A stretch of 51,993 nucleotides of DNA from an uncultured Clostridia bacterium (GTDB lineage: Bacteria > Bacillota > Clostridia > TANB77 > CAG-465). Positions 18,004 through 27,230 of this stretch are shown piece after piece. Each line of letters begins with the position of its first letter. Position 1 is the stretch's first letter. The translations under genes were made by a program, and so were the position numbers. Under the pieces are notes generated by a model. That model ran no database searches, was not told where the DNA came from, and saw nothing but the letters and a program-made list of their open reading frames with translations. The DNA lies in NCBI GenBank assembly GCA_947625855.1, contig CANQPW010000006.1, positions 1-51,993 on the forward strand. The letters are read 5' to 3'.

Positions 18004-19330
18004 CTTCCAGTTTTATATTGGCATTTTGTGATTTTATATACATATCAGATAATGGCTTAAATACATTATATAACGTTTTATTATTATAACTATTTGACAT
18101 ATAAGTATCTATATAAATTGTATATTCATCATCACTATATTCTACATTTTCATCACCAAGTAATAAATCATATAGTGTATCACTTGACTCTATTTTAAAT
18201 TCAAGTTTTACTCTAACTCTATAATATGTTCCATCATAATATATAGTTGGTATCTGAACTTTAGCATTACCTGTTATTTTTATATTATTATCTTTTACAT
18301 ATTTTACATAGCTTTCTATAACTTTTTTATCTAAATTAAATAATAAATATTTTTCTAAATTTTCTTTTAATTTTTTTTCATCAATATTTGAATAATCTAT
18401 ATTTAATAAAATGTTATAATAATTTTCTGTATTATTTTTTATTTGATAATAATACTCTTTTTGTTCTGGAAAAACCTCAACAGGGCTTTTAAAATTAGGA
18501 TTATCTTTTCCAGAAAAATCAAATTCATATACAGATTTATCCACAGAAATAACAGTATATGGATATTCATTTGCATTTTGTGGTATTTTTTCTTCACTTA
18601 TATTTAATTTTTCATTTCCTATGGTAATTGTATTATATTTTTCAACAAAATTTTTAATAATTTCATTTACCTGACCCTTAAATACTTTTTTTCTTGCATC
18701 AACTTTTTTTACATTTTCATTAATTATTTTGTTATTTACCATATCTAAAATTCCAAATTTTTCATCCATATTATAATTATTTATATCACGAATTATCCCC
18801 TTATCTTCTGTATCAAGATTTAATTTTAAAACATTTACCTTAGCATTTGAAAAAAATCTTATAACATCAGAATAAGTTGCATATTCATCAGCATTTTCTG
18901 AATTTACATCTGTAACTGTTATAATTCCAAGTCTTGTTCCAAATTCTACCCACATTGAATTGCTATATTCTTCTTTTGGTGTAGTTGCAAGACCTTCTAT
19001 ATCAGATGTATTATATACTGCTGATATAACCATTTTTACTGCCTCTGACTTTGTAACTTTATCTTGCGTTCTTGAGGATAAATTATCATATACTTTATCA
19101 AATCCATATCTTCTCATACTTTCTTCATACGCAACATATTTTTCGTATTTTTTATTTTGAATTAATAAAGTAAGTATTGTTACAGCAATTAATACTATAA
19201 ATAATATACTAATGAATATTATAATCTTCTTTTTATCAATTTTTTTTACTTCTTTTTTTTCTATATTACTATTTTTATCTCTTAGATAAGAGGGTATAAA
19301 TTCCTTATTACTTTTATTTTCTTTATCCAA
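17996..19330 (-). CDS. Single-TM extracellular protein with degenerate SLH-like repeats
   Basis: N-terminal TM; 'VTKSEAVKMV', 'ATYSDVIRFF', 'VFKGQVNEII' resemble SLH TRAE helices. Confidence 0.5.
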   Translation of the reverse strand: MDKENKSNKEFIPSYLRDKNSNIEKKEVKKIDKKKIIIFISILFIVLIAVTILTLLIQNKKYEKYVAYEESMRRYGFDKVYDNLSSRTQDKVTKSEAVKMVISAVYNTSDIEGLATTPKEEYSNSMWVEFGTRLGIITVTDVNSENADEYATYSDVIRFFSNAKVNVLKLNLDTEDKGIIRDINNYNMDEKFGILDMVNNKIINENVKKVDARKKVFKGQVNEIIKNFVEKYNTITIGNEKLNISEEKIPQNANEYPYTVISVDKSVYEFDFSGKDNPNFKSPVEVFPEQKEYYYQIKNNTENYYNILLNIDYSNIDEKKLKENLEKYLLFNLDKKVIESYVKYVKDNNIKITGNAKVQIPTIYYDGTYYRVRVKLEFKIESSDTLYDLLLGDENVEYSDDEYTIYIDTYMSNSYNNKTLYNVFKPLSDMYIKSQNANIKLEGE

Positions 19331-19343
19331 ATTATCACCTCTT

Positions 19344-20531
19344 TTATGGATTACATATTGGGCAAGGATAAAAACCTTTAAATACTTGTTTTACATCATT
19401 TAATGTTCCTCTTGTAGTTGCAGTAGCCGCTTGCTGTTTAGATGTAGCATACTTTGGAACCATATCGTTTATTTTTGATATTCTGTATTCTGGGCAACTT
19501 AAATCTTTATGATATAAATTCATCTTAATTTTTGATTTATCATTTGGAGCAGTAAAATAAAATCTTGTAGTTTGCTCAATTGAAGCTACTCCATATGCTT
19601 TAGTATTCAAGTATTTATTACCAATAGATATACCTTGAACAAAAGCAATTATTCCTACATTTTCTATTGCATTATACATTTCTTCTTTAGAAGTTGCTGG
19701 AAAAGAAAATGTATACACAATTCCTGAATTTCTTGCATATGTATTATTATTATTTATTGCTTGATTTAATTCTTTTGTAACCGTATCTACTATTATAGAC
19801 TTTCTAATATCTAATAAATGACTTACAATACTACTTCTAAATTCCTCTTCATCTGCTAAAACTCCTAATGTTAAATCAGAATTATTCTTTGCATCATCTA
19901 TATAAAAAGTTGACATAGGAATATCAACATTTTCAGAATAATTATATCCTCTATGAGTTATAAAACTATCCATAGTAAATTCAATAGTATGCACTGATAC
20001 TATTTCACCTTCATTTGGCATTCCAGAAACATAAGTATAATCTAATCCATTTCTTATAATCGAATATGTATATGTATAATATCTCTTTGGACTTAATACA
20101 TGTTTTGTCATTGTTTCTTGAGTTCCATCTTCATTTGTTTTTTGAAATTGCTCATTGGCAGAAACTTGTACTCCGTTATAATCTATTATTGCTATTGCAG
20201 GAACAAATAAATTCAAATAACTTTCTGCTGCTTCATTTCCATCTATATTAAAGTTTTTATACAAAGTTTTTAGAAAAGAATCAACTCCTACTTGTGCATT
20301 TATATTTATTTTTTTATTTTCCACGCCTGAATAACCATAATCTATTTCTTTATCATCATTTTCTACTTCTTTCATATTATAAGTTGCGTCTTCCATAGCC
20401 ATATCAACAATATTTTGATAATACATTTCTATTTCTTGAGCTTTTATTGTAAATGTTACATTAACATATACTATTATTATCATTGGAAGAGTTACAGCCA
20501 TAAATATAAGTGCAAAATCAGTTATTTTCAT
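19344..20531 (-). CDS. TadE/G-like membrane-anchored protein with C-terminal Cys/His metal-binding motif
   Basis: N-terminal hydrophobic helix; YHKDLSC...GFYPCPICNP. Confidence 0.55.
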   Translation of the reverse strand: MKITDFALIFMAVTLPMIIIVYVNVTFTIKAQEIEMYYQNIVDMAMEDATYNMKEVENDDKEIDYGYSGVENKKININAQVGVDSFLKTLYKNFNIDGNEAAESYLNLFVPAIAIIDYNGVQVSANEQFQKTNEDGTQETMTKHVLSPKRYYTYTYSIIRNGLDYTYVSGMPNEGEIVSVHTIEFTMDSFITHRGYNYSENVDIPMSTFYIDDAKNNSDLTLGVLADEEEFRSSIVSHLLDIRKSIIVDTVTKELNQAINNNNTYARNSGIVYTFSFPATSKEEMYNAIENVGIIAFVQGISIGNKYLNTKAYGVASIEQTTRFYFTAPNDKSKIKMNLYHKDLSCPEYRISKINDMVPKYATSKQQAATATTRGTLNDVKQVFKGFYPCPICNP

Positions 20532-20542
20532 TTTCCCCCTCC

Positions 20543-21550
20543 TTACTCTAAACTTGGTACTTCTATTGTTTCATCACGTCTGATTAATATATAATCTGAG
20601 CTCAACATTTTATTTTTTGAAAATATACCTTGAATAATATTTGAAGGTAAAAATAAATTAAGTCTATTATATCCATCTTCACTAATATATTCATCTATTG
20701 TATCTTCTTGTAAAATAAATTCCACTTCATATTCATCTGTTCCAACACTTGTAACAGTTGTAGGGCTCATATAAAAATTAGGATTATCTCCTACAAGCCT
20801 TATATTTTCAGCAAGTTTTTGTGGTACTGTTAAATCGTCTATATTATATAATTTTACATTAAACACTATTCTTCTGTCATCTTCAACAGATAATGTATAT
20901 AATGGATATGCATTATTTTCATCATCTGGATTTGGCTCTTTAAGTTCCATAGTTATATAAATATCACCTTGGTATAAATCACTTAATGTTGTATTTGCCC
21001 AAGTTGTGTTTTTAACAGTTCCACCATAATTTATATCTATTTTTTCCTTAGGTGCATTATTTGATAAAAGATTCAAAATACTTGCTGCCATAGTCACATT
21101 TTTATTTTTTATTCTTACAAAAAACTGATCTCCTTCATTAAGAAAAAAAGCATCATTTTTTAATTTTTCCACATTAGTAGTAGCTCCACTAACATTTGCT
21201 GTACCTGTTTCTTCATCAAATATATCTTTATTATATTTTATTTCATATTGCTCAATATATTTTGGTTCATCTTCATCTGAATATGGATCTAATGTTAATA
21301 CCTTTCTGTGTATTTCTAAATCTATATCAAACAAATAACCTGTATTAGAAAGTCTATTGATATAACTAGCATAAGTAGACTGATCTACATATCCTTTTTG
21401 TATTACTTCATCAACAAAATTAGTTGTAGATTTTAAAGCAATGTTATATGTCATATCATCTTGTCTTTCAAAATAATTATATAATGGGAAAAGTAATAAT
21501 ACAGTAACTAATAATATTGCAGCAATAATCATGCTTACGGTATCTTTCAT
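20543..21550 (-). CDS. Pilin-like protein, family B, with C-terminal extension
   Basis: N-terminal TM; clear paralog of 23350-24024 (PLY..FE..DD..Y..ALK.TTNFV..V..KGY). Confidence 0.6.
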   Translation of the reverse strand: MKDTVSMIIAAILLVTVLLLFPLYNYFERQDDMTYNIALKSTTNFVDEVIQKGYVDQSTYASYINRLSNTGYLFDIDLEIHRKVLTLDPYSDEDEPKYIEQYEIKYNKDIFDEETGTANVSGATTNVEKLKNDAFFLNEGDQFFVRIKNKNVTMAASILNLLSNNAPKEKIDINYGGTVKNTTWANTTLSDLYQGDIYITMELKEPNPDDENNAYPLYTLSVEDDRRIVFNVKLYNIDDLTVPQKLAENIRLVGDNPNFYMSPTTVTSVGTDEYEVEFILQEDTIDEYISEDGYNRLNLFLPSNIIQGIFSKNKMLSSDYILIRRDETIEVPSLE

Positions 21551-21564
21551 TTACTATTTCCTCC

Positions 21565-22050
21565 CTACCAAATTTCATCTTGTAGTGTATCTCCACCCTC
21601 ATCAGTAAAGGAAGTTATTTTGGAAATGTTTATTATTCCTTTACCATCTGCAGTCTGTCCTACATATTCTAAAATGTAATTATCTGATATTCCTATTTGT
21701 TGTACTAATTCTTTATATGTTAAATCAGTATTTACAAGCATATTTGGTGTTTCATTTTTTCCATTCAAATTTATACTTACAATATAATCTATTTCATCAG
21801 TTTCATTGTATTTATCTTTTTTTACATAGTTATAATAATAATTTACTACCTCACTACCTGTTATAATTTTATTTCTTTGTGCTTCGCTACCTATTATTAA
21901 TGGTTCCCCATCTATATTATGAGAATATTCATATGCTAAATCAGCATAATCAGATATTGAATTATACAAAAACATTGTAGCAGTTACAGCTATGATAAAT
22001 ACAAAAACATATATCCCAATATATATTGCATTAAATGCTGATTCTTCCAT
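21565..22050 (-). CDS. Pilin-like protein, family A
   Basis: MEESAFNA-IYIGIYVFVFIIAV; ITGSEVVNYYY. Confidence 0.6.
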   Translation of the reverse strand: MEESAFNAIYIGIYVFVFIIAVTATMFLYNSISDYADLAYEYSHNIDGEPLIIGSEAQRNKIITGSEVVNYYYNYVKKDKYNETDEIDYIVSINLNGKNETPNMLVNTDLTYKELVQQIGISDNYILEYVGQTADGKGIINISKITSFTDEGGDTLQDEIW

Positions 22051-22061
22051 ATTTTCCTCCT

Positions 22062-22466
22062 TTATTTATCAATAAATATTATTTTAGTTTTTTCTACCCC
22101 ATCAATATCAACAGTTTCAACAGAAGAGTAAACTTTCATATCATATGTAATTCTACTGTTTTCAACTTCATTATTCAAATAATCTAGTCCTTCTTCAGTA
22201 TTTACAGCTTGCTCTTTATATTCTACAATAACTAAACTATCGTTATAATATTTATTTGCAGCATTAATTAAATCAAGACCAGTTCTATTTGACTCTTGAT
22301 ATTTAGAAAACTCATCAAATCTAGTAGATATATTTGTATTAACATTATATACTTCTGCATACACATTTTTTATTTGATTTACTACTACAATTACTCCTGT
22401 TACAATAACTAATGTTACAAATATACTTACTCCTATCATTAAAGCTTTATTTATTGAAGTATCCAA
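22062..22466 (-). CDS. Pilin-like protein, family A
   Basis: MDTSINKA-LMIGVSIFVTLVIV; RTGLDLINAANKYY; TTG start after GGTAGGG. Confidence 0.6.
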   Translation of the reverse strand: MDTSINKALMIGVSIFVTLVIVTGVIVVVNQIKNVYAEVYNVNTNISTRFDEFSKYQESNRTGLDLINAANKYYNDSLVIVEYKEQAVNTEEGLDYLNNEVENSRITYDMKVYSSVETVDIDGVEKTKIIFIDK

Positions 22467-22481
22467 ACATTTTCCCTACCT

Positions 22482-24024
22482 TTACTCTATATTATATTTT
22501 TCTTTATCTACATCAAAATTCTTGCTAATTTCTTCTTCTGTTAATGCTCTATTATACACACGAACACTATATATAGTTCCAACAAACTGTGGTATTGGTA
22601 TAACACCTGCATATGGTTTTGCACCAAGTGTAAGCTTTGTTCCAGTAGCACTATCTTTTGGTGTCCCATCTAGTGTAGTACCTTTTATTATACCATTTTC
22701 AGTATATAGTTGTTTTATTCCGCCTAATCCATCATCACCCATTGTTATTGATATTGAGTATATTTTATTTTCTATTGCCTCATTATCAGAATAAACTGAA
22801 GATATATCTGCTTCTTCTTCCTTTGTTTTATATGCTTCAAATCCAATTCTTCCTTTTTTAGCATCATCTAAATTATTTTGCTGTGCATATAAAATACCAT
22901 AACCACCATCATTTAGATTAGATATCAAACTTTGCTCTGTAACAACTTCATTATCTAAATTTTCAAGTTTTGCTACAATTTCTATTGTGTATTCCTCAAA
23001 ATCAAAATCTTTTAATTCAACATATTCTTTTCCTGTAAACTTAAGTCCATTATATATCCAACCAGATTTATCAGAAAATTCAAAATCAGATAAAGTCGCA
23101 TTATTATCATTTCCACTTAAATCTTTCCAAATATCAGAATTATTAGAGTGACTTGTTCCGACATTTTTTTCTCCATCAAGTAAAACAACTAGTCCATCTT
23201 GAACATAGTTTCCAACAAGTGATGGTGATGTTTCCTCATCATCAGGTTCATTATAATTTTGTGTATCGTTATCTATTAATTTTGCTCTATATTCTTCATT
23301 TTCTATAACGCCACCATAATTAATATATACTTTAGTATTATTTCTTGCATTAGCTCCGGAAAGTAATAATATTAAATATACTTGTTGCAACTGTTACATT
23401 TCTATTTTTTATTATTATATTAAATTCATCACCCTTACTCATAGTATATATTTTGTTGTTACTTCCCTCAATTTTATATATACTATTTACAGCAGGTAAT
23501 TCATCATAATTTGCATTTTCATATTCTGCTAAACTAGAATCAACCGTAATGCTATCACTTGTACTAGATATTACATCAAGTATTTGTTTTTCAGTATATT
23601 TTTCTTCTGCCAAATCATATGCAAGCACTAAATTACTATATGTACCAGCATCTGTACCAGAATCTATTTCTATTACTTTATCTGTTTCATATTCATCTTT
23701 ATATAAGTTATAATCAAATTTTTTTAATATTTGATTCATATCATCATCATAAGCATAAATTACAGGTTCATATTTTTTTGCAGTATGTTCCATCATAATA
23801 TCATATGTATTACCAGTAATTGCAAGTTGAGAAATAAATTTATTATACATATCTTGTGTTATATAACCTTTAGACTTAACATTTTCCACAAAATTAGTAG
23901 TAATCTTTAAAGCAAGTGAATAAGAAATATCATCTTTTTTCTCAAAAGTCATATACACAGGAAGTACAAAAAAAATTACGACTGATAACAAAACTGCAAA
24001 TACTTTTTGTAAACTATCTTCCAT
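22482..24024 (-). CDS. Pilin-like family B protein fused to LamG/ConA-like domain, interrupted by a +1 frameshift near 23356-23361
   Basis: ORFs 23350-24024 and 22482-23390 join into one 513-aa protein colinear with paralog 20543-21550; C-terminal WKDLSGN...G.IYSVRVYNRALTEEEI LamG motif. Confidence 0.7.
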
Positions 24025-24025
24025 A

Positions 24026-24487
24026 TTATTCTCCTTTTATTGTAATTTTTAGGCTATCCTCAGTATCTTCATTAATCTGTAATGTAAAATGTTGATTATT
24101 TATTATATTTTTCATAATTATATTATAATTTGTAGTTCTAGCAAATTCATCACTTGAAGATAATGTAAGAGTTGTATTCTCTTTTATGCTACCATCATCT
24201 GATACATATTTCATTCCCTCAACTATTATCTCAGTATTCATTTTATCATAATAATAATTTAATATATTCTTAACGTTAGTACCTGTGATTTGGTTATTTG
24301 TACCCGCATAAAGAAGAAGATCTTTTATATCTTGTCTATATATTGCATCAAAATCTGTTCCTTCACCAGCTACTCTTATAGCTTGTGTAGCAGAATTATA
24401 ATACAAAACTATCGAACCAACTACTATTATAGCGACAAATAAACTAACACCTACAAGCAAAGCTCTCATAGCTGGGCTTTCATCCAT
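24026..24487 (-). CDS. Pilin-like protein, family A
   Basis: MDESPAMRA-LLVGVSLFVAIIVV; ITGTNVKNILNYYY. Confidence 0.6.
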   Translation of the reverse strand: MDESPAMRALLVGVSLFVAIIVVGSIVLYYNSATQAIRVAGEGTDFDAIYRQDIKDLLLYAGTNNQITGTNVKNILNYYYDKMNTEIIVEGMKYVSDDGSIKENTTLTLSSSDEFARTTNYNIIMKNIINNQHFTLQINEDTEDSLKITIKGE

Positions 24488-24551
24488 AATATTCTCCTTT
24501 CATATGTACTTTAATAAATATACTAAAATAATACATTTATTAAAATACATA

Positions 24552-24600
24552 AATAGTGCAAAAGGTATATAAACTAGTTATATACCTTGTTGCAACTATT
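24552..24600 (-). terminator. Intra-operon stem-loop after putative major pilin
   Basis: AATAGTGCA..AAGGTATATAA / TTATATACCTT..TGCAACTATT. Confidence 0.65.
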
Positions 24601-24607
24601 ATACTAA

Positions 24608-25102
24608 TTAATTTACTCTTGTAAATCTTATTCCCATTACAACATCTTCATTTGCTGAGCTTCTTATAAGTTCTGCTTTGTAGTTTGCTGTTAGTGGAAC
24701 ATAAGTTACAGGTTTTGTACTATCACTTAAAACACCAATTTTTGTTCTAACATTTTCTGCATCATACTCTAAAGCCTTCTCAAGATTAAGTTCTCCATTT
24801 CCTTTTGCTTTTCCATATTCAGAATATACAGTGGCAGATGCAGTGGCTTTTACCTCAAGTATCATACCATCAGTAGCATAAAATCTTCTTACTGCTGCTA
24901 CAACATCAGATCCTTTTACAGTCCTATCATCAAAATCTGCTGTAATTTCTTGTTGTAATGCTGCAGATAAGTTATTTATTTGCTCTCTACCACCATTAAT
25001 TAAGGTTTGACCAAGCCCTGTTATTAACATAATGGCTGCTATTACTATAATTGTAATAAATAGTCCAACACCAACCATTATTGCTTTTTGCGCATTATCC
25101 AT
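24608..25102 (-). CDS. Pilin-like protein, family A, candidate major subunit
   Basis: MDNAQKA-IMVGVGLFITIIVI; VKGSDVVAAVRRFY; AAAGGAGG RBS; flanked by stem-loops. Confidence 0.65.
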   Translation of the reverse strand: MDNAQKAIMVGVGLFITIIVIAAIMLITGLGQTLINGGREQINNLSAALQQEITADFDDRTVKGSDVVAAVRRFYATDGMILEVKATASATVYSEYGKAKGNGELNLEKALEYDAENVRTKIGVLSDSTKPVTYVPLTANYKAELIRSSANEDVVMGIRFTRVN

Positions 25103-25162
25103 AAAAATATCCTCCTTTTATACCATATTTATATTTTAAAACATAAAAATGTTTTAAACCAA

Positions 25163-27226
25163 TTAAAAAGACATTCTGCTAAAATAATTTAGCATTTGCA
25201 TTATACTTACTATTAAAAGTGGTGCTACAAGATAACCACCAATAAGTATTACCATAGGTGTAAATCCAAGTATTCTTCCATAAGATACCTTTCTTTGAAT
25301 TAGTCTTTCATTTGCATCTTTTCTTCTTTCATAGAAGAAATTTCTTTCAGTTTCTAATTCATCAAAAGCCTCTTTTATAGTTATTCTCATAACTGATGAT
25401 TGCAATTGTTCAACTATTCTCTTAAAATCCTTATTTGGAACGGCATCTTTTAATTCTTCAAGTGCTACCTCAGCCCCTGCCTCATAATTATTTAGACAAG
25501 TTGCTATTGGCTCTCTAAAAGCATATGAAAACCTACATAACCACTCTAATATAGTTTGAACATCAACTCTATCTATATGCATAAGCATAAGTATAATAGA
25601 TTGAAATTGCATTATTTCATTTTCTTTTTCCATTGCTCTTATACTATTTTTCATTATAAGAGCTAAGTTTGGAATGTTATATCCAATAATACCAACAAGT
25701 AAAGCTATTAATACATGCCAAAATTTTAAATACGAATTATTTATTTTATCAATTTTTCCAAATATTCTATCAACAGTTGATGTATCAACTTGTGCACCTA
25801 TTTCATCAGCATTTTTTTGAAGTTCTTTTTCTATATCTTCCTTAGATACATCTTTATTTCTAAATAATTCTATGTATTCTTGATCTAATCTTAAAGCTTC
25901 TTGTGCTGCCTTTTCGTCTTCTTCACTTAATTTTCCCATAGACATAAACTCATCACTTATTCTGTTATATGCAGCATTAATATCTATTGAATTCATATTT
26001 AATATCAATAAAATGGTAAGAATAAAAGCAATTATACCATAAGTGATTTTATTTACATATAACCACTCTATTGTAAGATAAGAATTTGTATCTCTTATAA
26101 GTTCTGTGTTTTTCCTATATTTTTTTGTATGAGGTTGTGGCTTAAAAGCATCTATAATTATTCTAAAGAAACGAATATTATATAATCTATCCTGCCATCT
26201 TATTTTAGATACTCTATCAAATTTTATCTCATCTGTATCTTCTTTTATAATTCTTAACATTATGTATGAAACAAAAATTGATACAATAATCATTGCTTGT
26301 ACTATAAATCCTATACTGCTGTTATAAAAATTTGAAAGTGCAGGAAAATTTGATTCAGCCCATACTTGCAATGGTTTTACAGCAATAAGAGGAACAACAG
26401 ATATAACAGTTAAGCTTCTAAACATATAGTTTAGTTTATCTTGCTTTAATACCTCTAAATAAATCTCATTTAAAATATTATTAAGATTTTTTAGATATAC
26501 TGATGTATCTTCAACTTTTCTATCACCAAGTTCATATGTTAAATATGATATACCAGCAAATAGTTTTAAAAATCTATTTGGTGCTGTATCATAATATCTT
26601 TCAAGTTCCATTTCTGGATTTTCAGAAGTAATTGCATCTCTAATTCTTTTTAGTTGTGGTACAATTTCTTTATTTTCAAGTTCATCAATAGTAGTATCTA
26701 ATGCCTCATCAATCATTCCATGTTCATGAAATGAATGTCTAATACTTGTAAAAGTTTCTGGCATCTGTCTTAATATCTTATTAGATATTGAAGTTATACT
26801 AATATCAATTACTTTTTCAGTAATGATTATTACACCAACTATAATGATAAATGACATATACAAATCATTAACTAAATTTAATAATATTGCAAGTGAAATG
26901 AACATAGAAACTACAGCTATAAACATTGATCTTCCTGTATGTCTTCTTACATCATATTCATCATAATCATTTGTCATCTCGTATTTTAATCTAGTCTTTT
27001 TAGTATAATACTTTAATACTGGCATTTTTATAAAAGTTAGATATATCATCTGATATAAGCTATCAAGAGCTTCTTTAATACCAGTTTTATTTTTTAATAG
27101 TAATTGATCTTTACTTGAAAGAATTGCATTACCGCTATACTTTTTCTTTATATAGAAATAATATAAAGCAAGTCCACCCATACCTAGAACTGATATTACA
27201 ATTAAAGCTATAGCCCATATTATCAT
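25163..27226 (-). CDS. Fused TadB/TadC-like (T2SSF-like) membrane platform protein
   Basis: Two repeats of TM pair + cytoplasmic helical domain + TM, directly after the CpaF-like ATPase. Confidence 0.65.
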   Translation of the reverse strand: MIIWAIALIVISVLGMGGLALYYFYIKKKYSGNAILSSKDQLLLKNKTGIKEALDSLYQMIYLTFIKMPVLKYYTKKTRLKYEMTNDYDEYDVRRHTGRSMFIAVVSMFISLAILLNLVNDLYMSFIIIVGVIIITEKVIDISITSISNKILRQMPETFTSIRHSFHEHGMIDEALDTTIDELENKEIVPQLKRIRDAITSENPEMELERYYDTAPNRFLKLFAGISYLTYELGDRKVEDTSVYLKNLNNILNEIYLEVLKQDKLNYMFRSLTVISVVPLIAVKPLQVWAESNFPALSNFYNSSIGFIVQAMIIVSIFVSYIMLRIIKEDTDEIKFDRVSKIRWQDRLYNIRFFRIIIDAFKPQPHTKKYRKNTELIRDTNSYLTIEWLYVNKITYGIIAFILTILLILNMNSIDINAAYNRISDEFMSMGKLSEEDEKAAQEALRLDQEYIELFRNKDVSKEDIEKELQKNADEIGAQVDTSTVDRIFGKIDKINNSYLKFWHVLIALLVGIIGYNIPNLALIMKNSIRAMEKENEIMQFQSIILMLMHIDRVDVQTILEWLCRFSYAFREPIATCLNNYEAGAEVALEELKDAVPNKDFKRIVEQLQSSVMRITIKEAFDELETERNFFYERRKDANERLIQRKVSYGRILGFTPMVILIGGYLVAPLLIVSIMQMLNYFSRMSF

Positions 27227-27230
27227 TTTA

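Noticed and set aside
22482..23390. Independent gene starting at TTG 23390
   Set aside because: No RBS and the N-terminal residues are out-of-frame sequence; the paralog alignment shows it is the 3' half of the upstream gene.
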